64,000 nucleotides of DNA from Paraspadella gotoi (lineage: Eukaryota; Animalia; Chaetognatha), in NCBI GenBank assembly GCA_051294375.1, contig CM119266.1:25441731-25505730 (forward strand), given 5' to 3'. Shown here piece after piece: positions 1-13,245 of the stretch. The notes beneath the pieces were generated by a model. The model ran no database searches and was not told where the DNA came from. It saw only the letters and a program-made list of their open reading frames with translations. The translations under genes and the position numbers were made by a program. Within the stretch, counting starts at the first letter, position 1. The number at the start of each line of letters is the position of its first letter.

Positions 1-54
1 AATGGTTGAGATTTCACGATCGATCAAACGTCATGTGAAAGTTCGTAAAAGCGC

Positions 55-55
<1 letters not shown>

Positions 56-113
<58 letters not shown>

Positions 114-183
114 TCTCCCCTCTCTCTCCCTCTCTTCTCTCTTCTCTCTCTCTCTTTCTCTTTTACTCTCACTCTCTCTCTCT
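56..183. repeat. (CT)n microsatellite decaying into a pyrimidine tract
   Basis: Perfect CT repeat ~56-101, then an imperfect CT-rich tract. Similar (AG)n/(CT)n tracts occur at ~846-871, 1129-1182, 7272-7295 and 15050-15091. Confidence 0.95.
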
Positions 184-1030
184 CGTTTCTCCGGGTGTAT
201 CGATTTTTGTCCTTTTTTCAACTTGAATATTTTTTTTTTTCATTAAAAAAAAGCTAAATATATTATATCGCCATTACCGCACGCAAACGACGACGACGAT
301 ATCAACGACGACGATGAGTCAGAAACGAACGTGAGAATAAATAAAAACCTAGCAATTCCCGTTTAAAAAAAAAAAAGTAACGAGGAGGAAATCGGCTCAA
401 GTTCGCCGCCGCCTTCGCCGCGACGAAGGCGACGACGAAAGAGACCGACGAAAGCGACGACGAAGGCGACGAATTCGTCTCGAAACTTCGCATTTTTTTT
501 AGGCGACGAAAAGATCAACTTTCGTCGAAGTTTTTTCTCGCGAATCGAAACTGGAGTCTTTCTGGGTGGGAAGAAAAACAAAACGAAACGAAACAAAAAA
601 ATAATAAGAAAAAAAAAAAAAACAACAAATCAAGACTTTTAGCCTAAGGTTTTGTCTTTAAAATTAGCCAAGTTTTTTCGATATGTTTTTATTTCCTGCT
701 TTTGAAGAAATCATCCAGTTAACAATGATGAATCCAGAAAAATTCACATAATTGATTTCGAGGAAAAGAAAAGGAAAAGAGGGAGAAGAGATAGAGAATT
801 GAGATATCGAAGAGAAAGAGAGAGAAAGAGAGAGGTAGAATTGAAGAGAGAGAGAGAGAGAGAGAGAGAGATAAGAAAGTCAGTCCGTGAATCCATCGCG
901 AACGGACCGACAGATGCTTGGCTTTTTCGACGTTAAAGTTATTAATTAACAGCAATTTTTACTTTACTCTTTAGTTTCTTCTATGATTCTTCAATAAGTG
1001 AATTATACGAATTGTAATTTTAAATTTTAG

Positions 1031-1126
1031 GCGGAAACCTCATCGTCATGTTGTCTTTCCTCATCGATCGCTCAATCCGACAACCCACCAACTACTTCAT
1101 ATTTTCCCTGTCTATTTCTGGTAGGC

Positions 1127-1188
<62 letters not shown>

Positions 1189-4100
1189 TAATTTACCCAA
1201 TAAATTTTTTGTTTAAAAATTCCTTTTTTTAATTCTTTATTTTCCATATTATCCTGCATCACCCTGTATCTTATTCGACAGACTTTTTGATCGGACTTTT
1301 CTCGATGCCTTTCTTCACCCTGTATCTCCTCAACGAATCCTGGCCCCTGGGATGGATCCTCTGCGATCTTTGGCTTTCTCTCGATTACACGGGTAAGGAC
1401 TTAGGAGAGAGTTAGGACTCGGGATTCGAGGTTGAAACCTCCCTCTCCGGGTTAAACCCAAGTGCTCGGAGGCCGGCGATCGTTTTTGATCTCGGTAAGT
1501 CGAGGTTAAAAACTTAAATCCTCACCGTACAGACATCCGGAGTTTTTTTTCATTTTTTTTTCCTTTTTCTTTTATTTCTAAAAATAAAAAGTTACCATAT
1601 GAAATTGGTACAACCAGTATAGAATTATCCATTCATTTCATAAACAAGCTATCTTGCTGCTGACTTTGGACAGGCTATGGCGGCGACCTCCATCACTATT
1701 AAAAGATAATGACATAGCGGGTCCCTGCAGGCTTTCAATCAAGACTCTCTCGCAGTCTCATTTATTCCCGCATAGAGTATCTGGGTTCCTTATCAATGAA
1801 GTGGTATATATTTCAAAGAATGTTTCAATTGTAAAAAAATGACCACTCCCTGTAATTCGAAATATATGTTTTTTTGTTTTTTTTAGGAAACTATGATATT
1901 TTCCTCTTACGGCTAAAGCTTCCCCTCCTCTTCCTCTTCCTCTTCCTCTTCCCCTCTTCTTCCTCTTCCTCCCCAGTCTGCCTCAGCTCCATCTACACCG
2001 TGCTGTTCATCACCATAGATCGATTCTGCTCCATCTACATTCCCGCTAAATACAGAAACTGGAGATCGGAGACAAAAGTGCAGATCATGGTCGCCGCAAC
2101 TTGGGTCATTCCGATCGCATTGTTCTTCACCTCGATCATAGGTGATTTAATTAATGGACGAATGAATGAACGATTCAATTAGTTATCTAATAACATCATT
2201 TATTTATTACCTCAATGATACATTAAGTAATGAAAAAAATAAATGAACGACTGAATGAAAATATGCTTGTAACATCAAAATACTTTGTGCAATGAAAATT
2301 AACGATAACTCGGATCAAAAAAACTGTAACCAAAGATAAAATTACTGAATACGCACAATAATACCACACACTAATTTTATTAACGGAAATGATGTAAAAA
2401 AAAACAAAATAAATAATACAATTGACGATAATTCAATTTGACGAATGAGTTCGACGCCAAAAAAAAAAAAAAACTTTCGACCAAAACTCATAATTCATAA
2501 TGAAATGGGAAAAAAATTCCTTTGTTTTCCATCGAAAACTTTGCCCAACACTCGCGACCACAAAAAAAAATGAAAAAAAAAGACTAACGAGTTATTAATG
2601 TTGTTTTCCCAATTTTTTCGCCATCACCATCGATCTACCTTCACAGTTCACGGTTCACTTCCGTTCACCCATTCATTTCTTTCATTCGACTGAGCTTCGA
2701 TTTTTTTTTATCCAACTTTGCTCATTTTTTCTCTTCAATCTTTCATCAGTTTCTTATCCTTATTCTCTTTATTCATTTCGAGAAAACATTTCCTCTTCCC
2801 CACCTTTTCTCTCCTTTCTTCCTCCGCCTATGTAGAATCCTAACGGGAGTTTTGTTAATTCGTTAATTCGAAATTCCATCAAAATGTCGAGGCTCTAAAA
2901 AAAAATGTGTCCATGGACAAACTAATCAAAATTCGAATAATAATTATAGACGTTATAACTACATTTAAAGCAAAACATATGTATATGTCGTTGTATAAGA
3001 ACAGACTAAAGTTTTTGTAACACAACTATACCGCCTACACACTTGCACGCCATAATAAATTATGGAAACGTCAAGGACAATCAACATAAAATAATCTGAC
3101 AAAAGAACATCGCGCCAGCAGAAAAAAGAGAGCGAAAAAGTGAGCGAAACTGGGACGTCCAAACGATACCGTGTCAATTACAGATCTTTTTTTTACATCA
3201 ACTTTTCTTTCCTTATCTTTTTACATTTCCCTTTTAAATTTCTCTTCCCTCGACTGTTCTTCCTTTCCTTTACTGTCTCTCGTTCTTTCTTTATTTTCTT
3301 TTTTCATTTCCATTTTCTTTCTCTATACTCCCCAGTCCCCATTGTTCTTTCTTTTCTTTCCTGTCTCCCTTTTCACTCAACCTCCTTATTCCCCACCCCC
3401 CCCGTCCCGTCGCCCCAACGCCCCGCCCCCCCTACTCCCCGCAACAACAGGTTGGCCAATTCTTCGTGGGCGAACGAACCGTTCCGCCGGACGCGTGCTA
3501 CGTTCAGTTCATGGAGAGCCCCATGTTCAACACGATCCTCGTCATCTGTTACTTTTGGTCGACGCTCGTCGTCATCTGCATCCTCTACACCGGCATCTAC
3601 CGCATCGCCTCGCAGCTGCAGCGCAAGTCGGAGGCCAAGCACAAGCGGATGACGGGACTCGTGGCCATGGCAGGGAATACGGTCACCCAGATGGCGGGTA
3701 AGGGAAAAGAGGGTGGGGTAGGGGTTGTGGGCGAGGCGAGGATAAGGCAGAGAAGATGGTTGGATCTTGGAGGGAAGAATGGTTTAGGTGGCCGAGTTTT
3801 GGAATAGACGGGTAAAGATATACCTTTGGATGGACGCTTGGCGTGGGAGTGTAGAAATATCGTTAAGGGAAAAGTGGTATGATTTAGCTGTGGTATGCAA
3901 TACGACATTCGCCCAGATAGCGAGTTAAGGAAGATGGGGGATAAATGCGTGGCAGGGTTATGTCTTGCTGTCACCCGATGAAAAAAAATAGGGGCCGAGT
4001 TAGGGGCGGGAGACGTAGGAAAAAAATATAAAAATAAATAAATAATACGAAGGTAAGAAAGAAATCCAGGGTTGGCAAAACCGTTAAATCGTCTCTCCGC

Positions 4101-7100
4101 GGGAAGGAAAGTAATTAGTGGTTTTTAGTTCGTTTCGATATTTGCTTTCCCAATTTCTGATTTAAAAAAAACGGGGAGGAAGAAAAACTGTTTAAAAAAA
4201 AAACACGTTTTTTTAATTTTTCACCCGACCAACTCGTTTCTGGATTGAATACTAAATCTTTCGGAGAAAAAGGAAAGAAGGAAGGTGGGAGGAAAAGGAG
4301 AGGAAGAGATCCCACAGAAAAGAAGAAAGTCAGAAGGTAAAGGAAAGTGGAAAAGAAAGAGAAAGAAAAAAAAAAGAGATAAATTGAGAAAGCGCACGCG
4401 GTTCCGTCCTCAGTCCTCGGTCCCCACCTTTCCTTCCTTTTTAACGAATTCGCACCTCGAATTAATTTTCTCGTCTGACAAATAATTTGAACCGATAATC
4501 GTTTTTTTTTTCCCCTATTTCTCCTGATTATTTTCTCATCCAATTTTTTTTCTTGTCCCGAGATTTGAGGCCGAAGAGGAAAAAGAGGCATTTTGAGAAG
4601 AAAAAAAAAAGAGCTGAAAATATGCGGAGGTGATGGGGCGAAGGTGGGGGCGCGGAGGGGGGGATAAACGAGGCTGCCCGGGTGAGGTTTAGTGGGTTAG
4701 GTCGTCGACTGAAAGGGTGAGCGAAGATTAAACGTGAGGTGAGTGTAGATGTTGAATTATAGTAAAGGAGAGTATATGGTAATTGCTTAGTGAAGGTAAT
4801 AAACGTGAAAAGTAAATTTAGGAACGACTCACTTTCGGATGAAAGTATATTCGGATACTGTATACTGGATACAGTGTATACATTAAGTTACATTACATTA
4901 TATTATACTGTATACAATGCTTCATGCTTGAGTGAGTAAGTACAACGAGGTCGTTGCCCCATTTCCTCCTCCTCGCAGAAAGGATAAAAGTCAAACGTGA
5001 AGATTCTGTGAAACGCTGAAAACTCGTGAAAGGGGAAAACTCTTTGTTGAAAGTGGTTTTTTCGAGGGAGATGGTGTGAATGAATGCCGGGAAATGTGAG
5101 GATTTTCAATGTGTTTATATCTGGTTGCTTCGAAAAGGTTACAGTTGCCTGTTGGACAGAGAGAACTGTTGCACAATGCTCATCCAAGGAAATATGTTTT
5201 ACTTGATTAAAAAGTTTCTTCACACGGAATCTTTATTCAACCAGGACCTTTTAACGGATTTTGAATTACGCTTAAAAGTTGAGCTTTAATTCGAGTCAGG
5301 CTTTGATGTTCTCCGAGAAAATTGTTAGTAGTAATAGTAATAACCTTTTTTTCATGAGATTTTTTAGTAATTAAGAGAGAGAAAGGAGGGTGGCTGTATT
5401 TTTCGCTCTCGCCGCCTTGTCTCTTTTTACGCGAAGACGATTCTCAAACGATTTTGTGAAAGGAATTTCAACGACGATGATGACGACGACGACGAAGACG
5501 AAGATGGCAATTATTTCATGAATATTCAACGCAAATTTTTGGCCGCTTTGGGCATTTTTAGTTTAAGCCGTCGAGACAGGGTTGAATGGGGCATGGAGGG
5601 AGTCTAGGATGGCTGAGAGGGGATTTTCAAAAAAATCCTTTACTAGTATTAACTTGACTTTTACAAGACGAAAAATGGTTGAGAGTTTTGCGAACAAGCC
5701 GTTCGAGGATATCAATGGTGGATATTTGCGATGAGGCCTTTATCATTGATTTCCTCAAAGAAGTTGCGCGATGGAGAGTCGCTCGACCCGGCTGGAGCAG
5801 CCCCTTGGAACCCCGGGCATGAGAGACGGAGAAGCGGGGGTCGGTGGGCGATTGGCCGGTGTCGAGAAGCAAGGCGGTAACCTTGGAGACGCAGATCCTA
5901 AATGGGAGGCGGAATAAGAAAGGAAGGAGGCGGGGAATCTGGAAATGGGAGCGGTGGTGGTAGTTGTGGAGCCGAAGGGTGTTAGGGTGGGGTGAAGAGA
6001 TTTTTGAAGAAAGAAAAATAATGAAAGGTGGAGACTCAATACTCAAGAGGAGTGACGGAAATGATTTAGAAAACGATAATAAAGAAGATGACGACGTCGG
6101 CGCCGATAAAAATGACGACTGCCGCTGCGACGAAGAAAATTGCGGCGACGAAGAATATTGCGGCGAGAGTGACAAGATGACGACCGAAAGGAACGAGGAA
6201 ACCCGAAGCTTATAACTTTTTAATAGAAAATGTGTCGAAATTGTTAATGTATAAACGTTTATAACGACTTGGCACAGTATTTATCTTCCATTGAACAAAA
6301 TTATTTTCTGTAACACTCCGCTAATCTTGGCATTGATCGAGAAACTAATCATCAGGGACAACATTAGTAATAACGATATCAAATTCTTAGATCTCGGAGG
6401 ACGACAAAAGGAGATCAAAGTCCTTGAACGCGCCAACGTTCGACATTATATTTGTCAAGTTTCGAAGCGAAAAGGAATGAGGAGCGTAGCAGTTTAGCGG
6501 AAATGAATTAAACATTATAAACTGCCTTGCTTATGATTTCAATATTTCATTTAACAAAAGAAAGTGAGTTCGTGGGGAATGGTGCCATAATTTGCGACAG
6601 TCAGACGGTGAATTACTGGGTTTTTGTTTTTGTTTTTTGTTTTTTGTATTGCTAAAATGTTTTTGAACAAATATCAAGAATACCCATTACAGAAAAATAG
6701 TGTATAACCGTTTTACAATATTACGTTAGTGCCTAATTTTGAATACAAGCGAGTTTCCAGCGTCGCAATTCATTTCCAGACAAAAAGCCTAAATGAAAAA
6801 TTCCATAATTTCTCCCAACTCGGAATTTTGAGTCCAATATTTAGTCCATTAATATTAATACAATTCTCTCAGTACAAAAAAACAGTCATCCATCACCCAG
6901 CGTCAGAAAGCGCGAAAAGTCTCCAGACGATTCGCAGCAAGTCTTCTCGTTTCGCTTCTGGCGGAATTTTTTAAAACATTTTTTCTTTTCTTTTTTATTT
7001 GAAAAAAAAAAGTGATAGGACTTAAAAGTCCCGATGCGGGCCAAACTCAAGGTAATTAATTTTCTCTCGCATTAGGAGTCAGACCTCCAAGTATCTTCTA

Positions 7101-10100
7101 GATGATTTTTTTTAATCCGAAGTTTTCTTTTTTTTAATTTTTTATATTTAATAATCCAACGTTCTTTCTCTCCGCTTTCGCTTTAGCAACTATATATTGA
7201 AAAATAAGACCCGCCGCGAGTCTTAAGACCCAAGGTTTTATTTTTTAATATACTCTCGAATACGCATAACACTCTCTCTCTCTCTCTCGCTCTCTTAGAC
7301 ACTGTTCGTAACGGGACGAAACAAGAAATATTAATATCGAAATATATTAATATATTTTTATTCCTTCAATGTTGAACACCGCTTTTTTAACTTCACCTCT
7401 TTTCTCTTTTCAGTTTGACACCGGGAAAAAAAAACAAGAAAGATTTCTATCGTGAAATCTTTTTAATAAAATATATATTTTTTAATGAATCTAGAATCGT
7501 CTCACGATGGTTTTTTTTTTTTTTTTTAATACACCGACTAATAAACGCTGTTTTAGATTCTAAGATGATACGAGTAAATATCATCCATCCAGTATGTATG
7601 TTAAGTACTCAAAAGTTTCTGAATTCATAGACATACAACTTAAAACCTTGAAGCGGTATTTTCTTAGAATCTAATTTCAAAGCTTTCCCCGTTCCAACTG
7701 GGAAAACAAGAATTGAAAAGTTTGAATAAATGTTGGATAGAATTCACCACAGTCGTTGCACACTTGTAAGATTAAAGTAGGTTGTATTTTGTAAAAGACA
7801 CGCACCCCTCTCTCCGAAAACGGAAAATTTCATGACAATTTAAACAAAAATACTCAAATATTTCCGAAATAAAGCGAGATAAAGAAGAAAAAAAATTCCC
7901 TTTTGAAATTCCTTCATTTTTCTCGTTGATTTTTTATTTTTGTATCAAACTTTTTTTTTATTTTTTAGTTTTATTTCATTTGAAGCTTCCCCTGTTCTTT
8001 TTTCGCTTTAATCCGAGGAAATAACCAGCCATAAAAGTCGCGATAAAGCGAAATTGTCGTAAAACGGGAAATTTACGTTTCGCTCTCCCCTTTTTTCGCG
8101 GTATTACACGTATTCTTTTATTTTTCATTCCTTTTTATTGCGTTAACTCCTTTTCTCGCATTTGTTTGTTTGTTTGTTTTTTCTTTCTCGAGACGGGGCT
8201 CGCGCAATGGCTGGAATTTCCTTTCAAAAGCGAAATAAGAAAAAAGAAGGGAAGCGTCGAAAAAATTATTTTGAATAAACAAAAACTGAGAACAATCGAA
8301 TCAAAATGTTAATAGAATTAGTCTGTATACAATATCTACAGCTTAATCAATTCCCCACCTTTTCATTTGTTTGTTTACTCGGAATAATCTCATCACTCAT
8401 CCGAATCGCCTCGTTTTCGAATTGCCGAGCAGGAGAATAAAAAATACTGGAAAAAAAAATTTCATAATGTAACAATGCCTGCTTCTCCGCCATTGTTTGG
8501 CTAATTCGAAAACGACGATAGAATAACTAAATATAAACAAATGAATTTAGGAAAAAAAAAAAGATTTATTCAACTCGGGGAGATTAAAGGAGTACGAACT
8601 TTCCAAATTTAACCCGCCGATAGAAAAATAAAAATTAAACCCTCCTTTAACTCACCTCCCTTACCTTCGTCGTCCCCTTCAACCAGGCGGCGGAACTTCG
8701 ATCCGGCGAACCAAGGATCAACTGCAGCTGCAGCAACAGCAGAAACTCCCGCAGCAGCAGACGGAGCCGACGAACGCGACGACGATACTCAGCGGCGACG
8801 GGACGACGACGATATCCGCGACGACGACGGTCGTCATCGAGAAGGAGACGAACAAAAAGGCGAACAACAACCGGAACGCGACGACGAACGATAAAAGAAC
8901 GACGGTGGGCGACGCGGATTCGTCCTCGTCAATGGCCTACCCTTCGGACACGCCATCCCCGTCCCCCGCCAAGAGATTGGGCTCGCCGCCCGCCGCTCGA
9001 CCCGCGGACTTTAAGGGATTCAGGTGAGACCAAGGAAGTTTTCGAAGTGAGCGCTTATCCCCTTCACCTTTCCCCCCTCACCCCTTCCCTCGCCCCCCCC
9101 CCATAGCGCCCTCACACCCGCGACCGGGTTCCTCCTCGATCGACCCTTCGACGTCGGCGAAGTCAAGATCCCTTCCTCCAAACCGATCGTCGATTCGTCC
9201 GACGCCGCCACGGACGAAGTCGTCAAGACCCGCAAGCCGTTCCAGATCGACGAGGACGACGACGCCGTTCTCGGCGCCACCACGCCCTCCTCCGGCTCCC
9301 GACGCTCCTCGGTCGGCGCCGAGGACGCCGACGACGACGACGACTCCGGCGTCAAGGAGGCGTCGAACCCGTCCATGACGTCGAAGCCGAGCGGCGGGGA
9401 AGCGACGCCTACCGACGCCGCCGACAAGTCGAACGTCTCCGTCAACACCGTCCGCTCCAACCACGGCGCCGATGCCTCTTCCCCGTCGTCGCCTCCACGG
9501 CTCAACGCCAGATCCGCCTCCGGACTGGACGTCGTGGCGCGGAGCGATTTGAAGGAGTCTTCCGTCGATCCGACGCCGACGGCCTCGCCGACCGCCACGC
9601 CCGTCGCCGTCGCCGCCACTCCTCCCAGCGTTGGGGCGCCATCATCGCCCGCTTCGCCGCCGCCATCGCAGGGCCCCCCGTCGTACAGTCAATGCTTCCC
9701 CGACGCGCCGCCGCCGCCGCCGCCGCCGAGGGCGGGGCAGAAAAACTTTCCGCCGCCGCCGCTGGCGTCCGCGATCGTCCCGGCAGAGCGATGCCCGACC
9801 ATTCCCGCCGTCAATTCTGGCGGGAAAGTCGCCAACGCGGGTGACCCAGGTTGAGCTAGCCCGATGTTTGTTTATTGATTTATTGATTTATTTTTATTTA
9901 TTTATTTATTTATTCTTAAATTTCCATTTTCGATCAATCCAACCTCAGCCTCCGGTCACCATGGCGACCCCCGGCTCCAACGTTCAGCGCCTCTTCCGGC
10001 GGATTTCGATCCCGTGGCGCCGTGGGAAGCGATGAGCTCGGCTAAGAGCAAGCTCGACGCCGCTGCCGACGCTAAGAGCCGGGGTGAGTTGGGGATGAGG

Positions 10101-13100
10101 CTGTGAACAAAAAAAGCTGTGAATCGGGTAAAAAGTCCGGTAAAAAAAAAACATTAGGACTGAATTAAGAATTTTTATTACCTGAATAAACGTGCATTTT
10201 TTTTTGAGGCTTCGGAATTTTTTTCACATCCTCGAGTTCTTAAAAAGTCCTTGAGATGATTCCAGCGACCTCGATCGTCCTCGAGCGATCTCGAGTGGGC
10301 GTGGCCTTTAGATCCGCGAGTCCAATGAGCGTTGTTACGGAAGACTTCGTCGGAGAGTCCTTGGCGTTCAGAGGCGAATTCGCCGCTTGCTTGATTCGTC
10401 CTGCGGCGAAGACGGTCGTCTCTGAAGAAAGGAAAATAATAGCCTGAAAAAAAAAAAGGCTCTCGAAAAAACAAAGAAAAGACTGTGGGAAAAACAAGTT
10501 TTATTTTCTTCTGCTTCACNNNNNNNNNNAAATTAAAAATTTGCATGTGGTAATAAGTCCCAAGGCGCCTCGGCTCGTTTCGCCATCGTAGCTCGCGCCT
10601 CAGTCTTCCGTTCCGGACTTGTGAACGACGTGAACAAAAAAGAAGAGAGAAGACCAAGTAATTCAATGGAAGCTGAAAAAAAAGGGAAAGAGAGAAGCTG
10701 AAAAGAGAGAGATAAAAACGGACGCTTTTATTTTAGTTCGGAATCTCGTATTCAGAAGATTCGTTTTGCTAGAATCACGTAGATACTCGAAGTCGTAATT
10801 TTTGTCTACATCCATATAAGATGTATATAATTGTATATTGTAGTGCATTCCTCCATTCCTAAGCTGCTTTTCTGTTTTTTTCTTGGAACTCGTGCATTTT
10901 TCAGTATGTTTTTCCGGAAAGTGAATGACTGTTTAAAATTGTAAATCCGGGTTTATGTCATATCATTTCATCGCTCCAGAAAAATTTATCAGAAAGTTAT
11001 TTTTTTTCATTCGAATTTCAAAGCGTAACAAAAATTCCGCCTCATTTTCGAAGTGAAAAGAGAAAAGAGTGGAGAGGGAATCATCGGAGATAAAATTGAG
11101 GGGATTCACGTAAGAGTAACATGGATAATAGAGAAAATTTGTTACAACTGAGAAATAAAAAAAAATTGAAAAAGGAAAAAAAGTGATTTCCAAACATTTA
11201 TTCTCCCGCTTTACTTTCAATCGCCCACTTGCCCAGGCTCCTCCCCCGCCCCGGCGATCAACGGACGCATCAGGGCGCCGCCGCCGCCGCCGCCGAAATT
11301 CGCGACGCCGGACGACGTCACCGTCGTCCACATCTACGACGAGCGACGCCACCGGATGGAGAGATTGGAAAGGAACGACTCCTTCGACAGTCAGGAGGAG
11401 GAGGAGGAAGAGGAGGAGGAAGAAGAGCCGCCGCCGGCCGTAGCGTCCAAGGCGGAGGAGGCGGCGGGAGCGGCGACGACGACGACGTCGATGGGAGGAT
11501 CGGCGCCGGCGCCATCGATAGCCAGAGTCAATGGATCCATCTGTCTGGGACACAGTGAGTTTTGGGGTTTCTTCGGTGTTTCATACACATTGGTTTTAAT
11601 CGCTTTGGTGTTGTCAAACGATAAGCTGAAATCCTAAAACAGCCGTTTCTCAACTGTTTGTGAAAAAAAACATTTTATGCGTTTTGTTTACGATTGATCT
11701 CGCCTGGGTCACGTGACAGAAACACTGGGACAAATCGAGCGGGTTTCGACGCAATTGCTCAATGACGATATGGAACAAAATTAATTGTCACGCTAATCGA
11801 GTCGGTTCGGTCGCATGTCGCCCGCACTTCTTTTTTTTTCCTTTTACGTGCGTCCAACACGCGAATAAGCTTCTCGGACGTGGCCCCGACCATCACACGC
11901 GTCACGACCGTGCGCTCGATCCCAAACCCACACGCGTTAGAACTTTCATTTCGGTTCGAGTCCGAGATTAAAAAAAAGATTAATCCCCAAAGAAAAGTTT
12001 TTTTCCCTTCGATTTCCTTTCAATGAAAACCAATCAACTCAAGAATAGCCCCCCCCCCACCGCCGCCGCCGCCGCCGCCCCCTTCCTCGCAAAGAATCGA
12101 ATTTAAAAAAAAACCTCGCTTTTTTTCTTTTCTTTCGCTTCCTTTGTGCTTTTTTGTCCCGAGAGACCTTTTTGGAAGATCTTTTTTTGGAGAAAAAGCG
12201 TATCCTGATGGAAGAATAATCCATCCTTGCGGAATTTCCGTACGGAGTTCCATTCGTAAAGAGATAAATATATTTCTTTCCTTCGTGTAATTTGATTTTT
12301 TTATATTGAAAATTCGGATATTGATTTTACTCTTTTCTGAGTAAAATGAAAAAGGTAAAAAAAACAACAAAAATATCGAAGAAGTTATTTTTGTTAATCT
12401 CTCTCAAAATATTAATCGGAAAGGAAGCTCAAACGCCAAATCAGATCAAAAAATATAATAATTAAATCCAGGCCGATCCTCACAAGTCACAACCTCACGC
12501 CCCCCTCCCCCACCAGTGAAACCCGTGAACAACCTCCCCACCTTCGAGGACGAGGAGCAGCCCACTTCCGGTCTGCAGAAGCTCCTAAACTTTGTCAAGC
12601 GGCGGAAGAACAAAGAGGCGCGTCAAAAGTCGAAGAAAGAAAACCGCGCGAGGAAGGCATTGCGGACGATCTCCTTCATCCTGGGCGCCTTCGTCATCTG
12701 CTGGACGCCTTATCACGTACTTGGTGAGAGGGTGGGGTTCTGGGAGATAGGCGACGAGAATATAAAAATAATTAAAGAAACAGAAAAAAATTAACGAAAT
12801 CAATTCAGCATTGAATGAAAAAAGTCATTATTGGGGAGATTATTTCGCAAATATTCTTTTCTTTATTTAACGATTGAATTTACTCGTTTAAATTACATAA
12901 CAATTTCATTTAAAAGCAAATTGAATTTTTTTTCCTTGAAAAAATTTGATTTTAAAACGAAGAATGACTTTTTGTTTTCACCTCCCGACCACCGCGCCGC
13001 ACGGAACTGAAGTATTCTTTGTACCTTTTGTTTATATTACCATTTGTTTTTTTCCCGCCTCTCGAACAGTGACGCTGATGTCGTCCTGCGAAGACACTTC

Positions 13101-13245
13101 CTGCGTGAGCGAGGATCTCTACATGTTCACCTACTTTCTCTGCTACTTGAATTCGCCGCTCAATCCTTTCATGTACGCGTTGGCCAACCCGCAGTTCAAA
13201 AAGACTTTTATTCGAGTCATGAAGTTCGATTGGAGGCGGTTGTGA
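1031..13245 (+). CDS. Muscarinic acetylcholine receptor, B-type-like class A GPCR (5'-partial; 10 exons in window)
   Basis: Phase-compatible GT-AG exons 1031-1120, 1282-1392, 1977-2141, 3451-3697, 8687-9023, 9107-~9849, 9949-10083, 11237-11554, 12472-12723, 13070-13245. Motifs: GNLIVMLSF, PTNYFIFSLS, CDLWLSLDYT (TM3 Asp), IDRF, GERTVPPDACYVQF, ENRARKALRTISFILGAFVICWTPYHVL, CYLNSPLNPFMYALAN. One extra base at 3456-3457 breaks the frame (see findings). The N-terminus and most of TM1 were not found in the window. Confidence 0.9.

Noticed and set aside
2-600. SLSLSL/ERERER ORFs and GACGAAGGC-type repeats as the receptor's first exon
   Set aside because: Microsatellite/low-complexity translations; no TM1-like hydrophobic segment with a suitable donor.
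5627-6215. 182-aa and 83-aa ORFs in the large receptor intron
   Set aside because: These arise from purine-skewed low-complexity sequence, with no family motifs and no phase-compatible splice sites.
9020-9619. Long antisense ORFs over GC-rich exons (also at 42062, 45467, 54491 and elsewhere)
   Set aside because: Shadow ORFs caused by codon bias on the coding strand.
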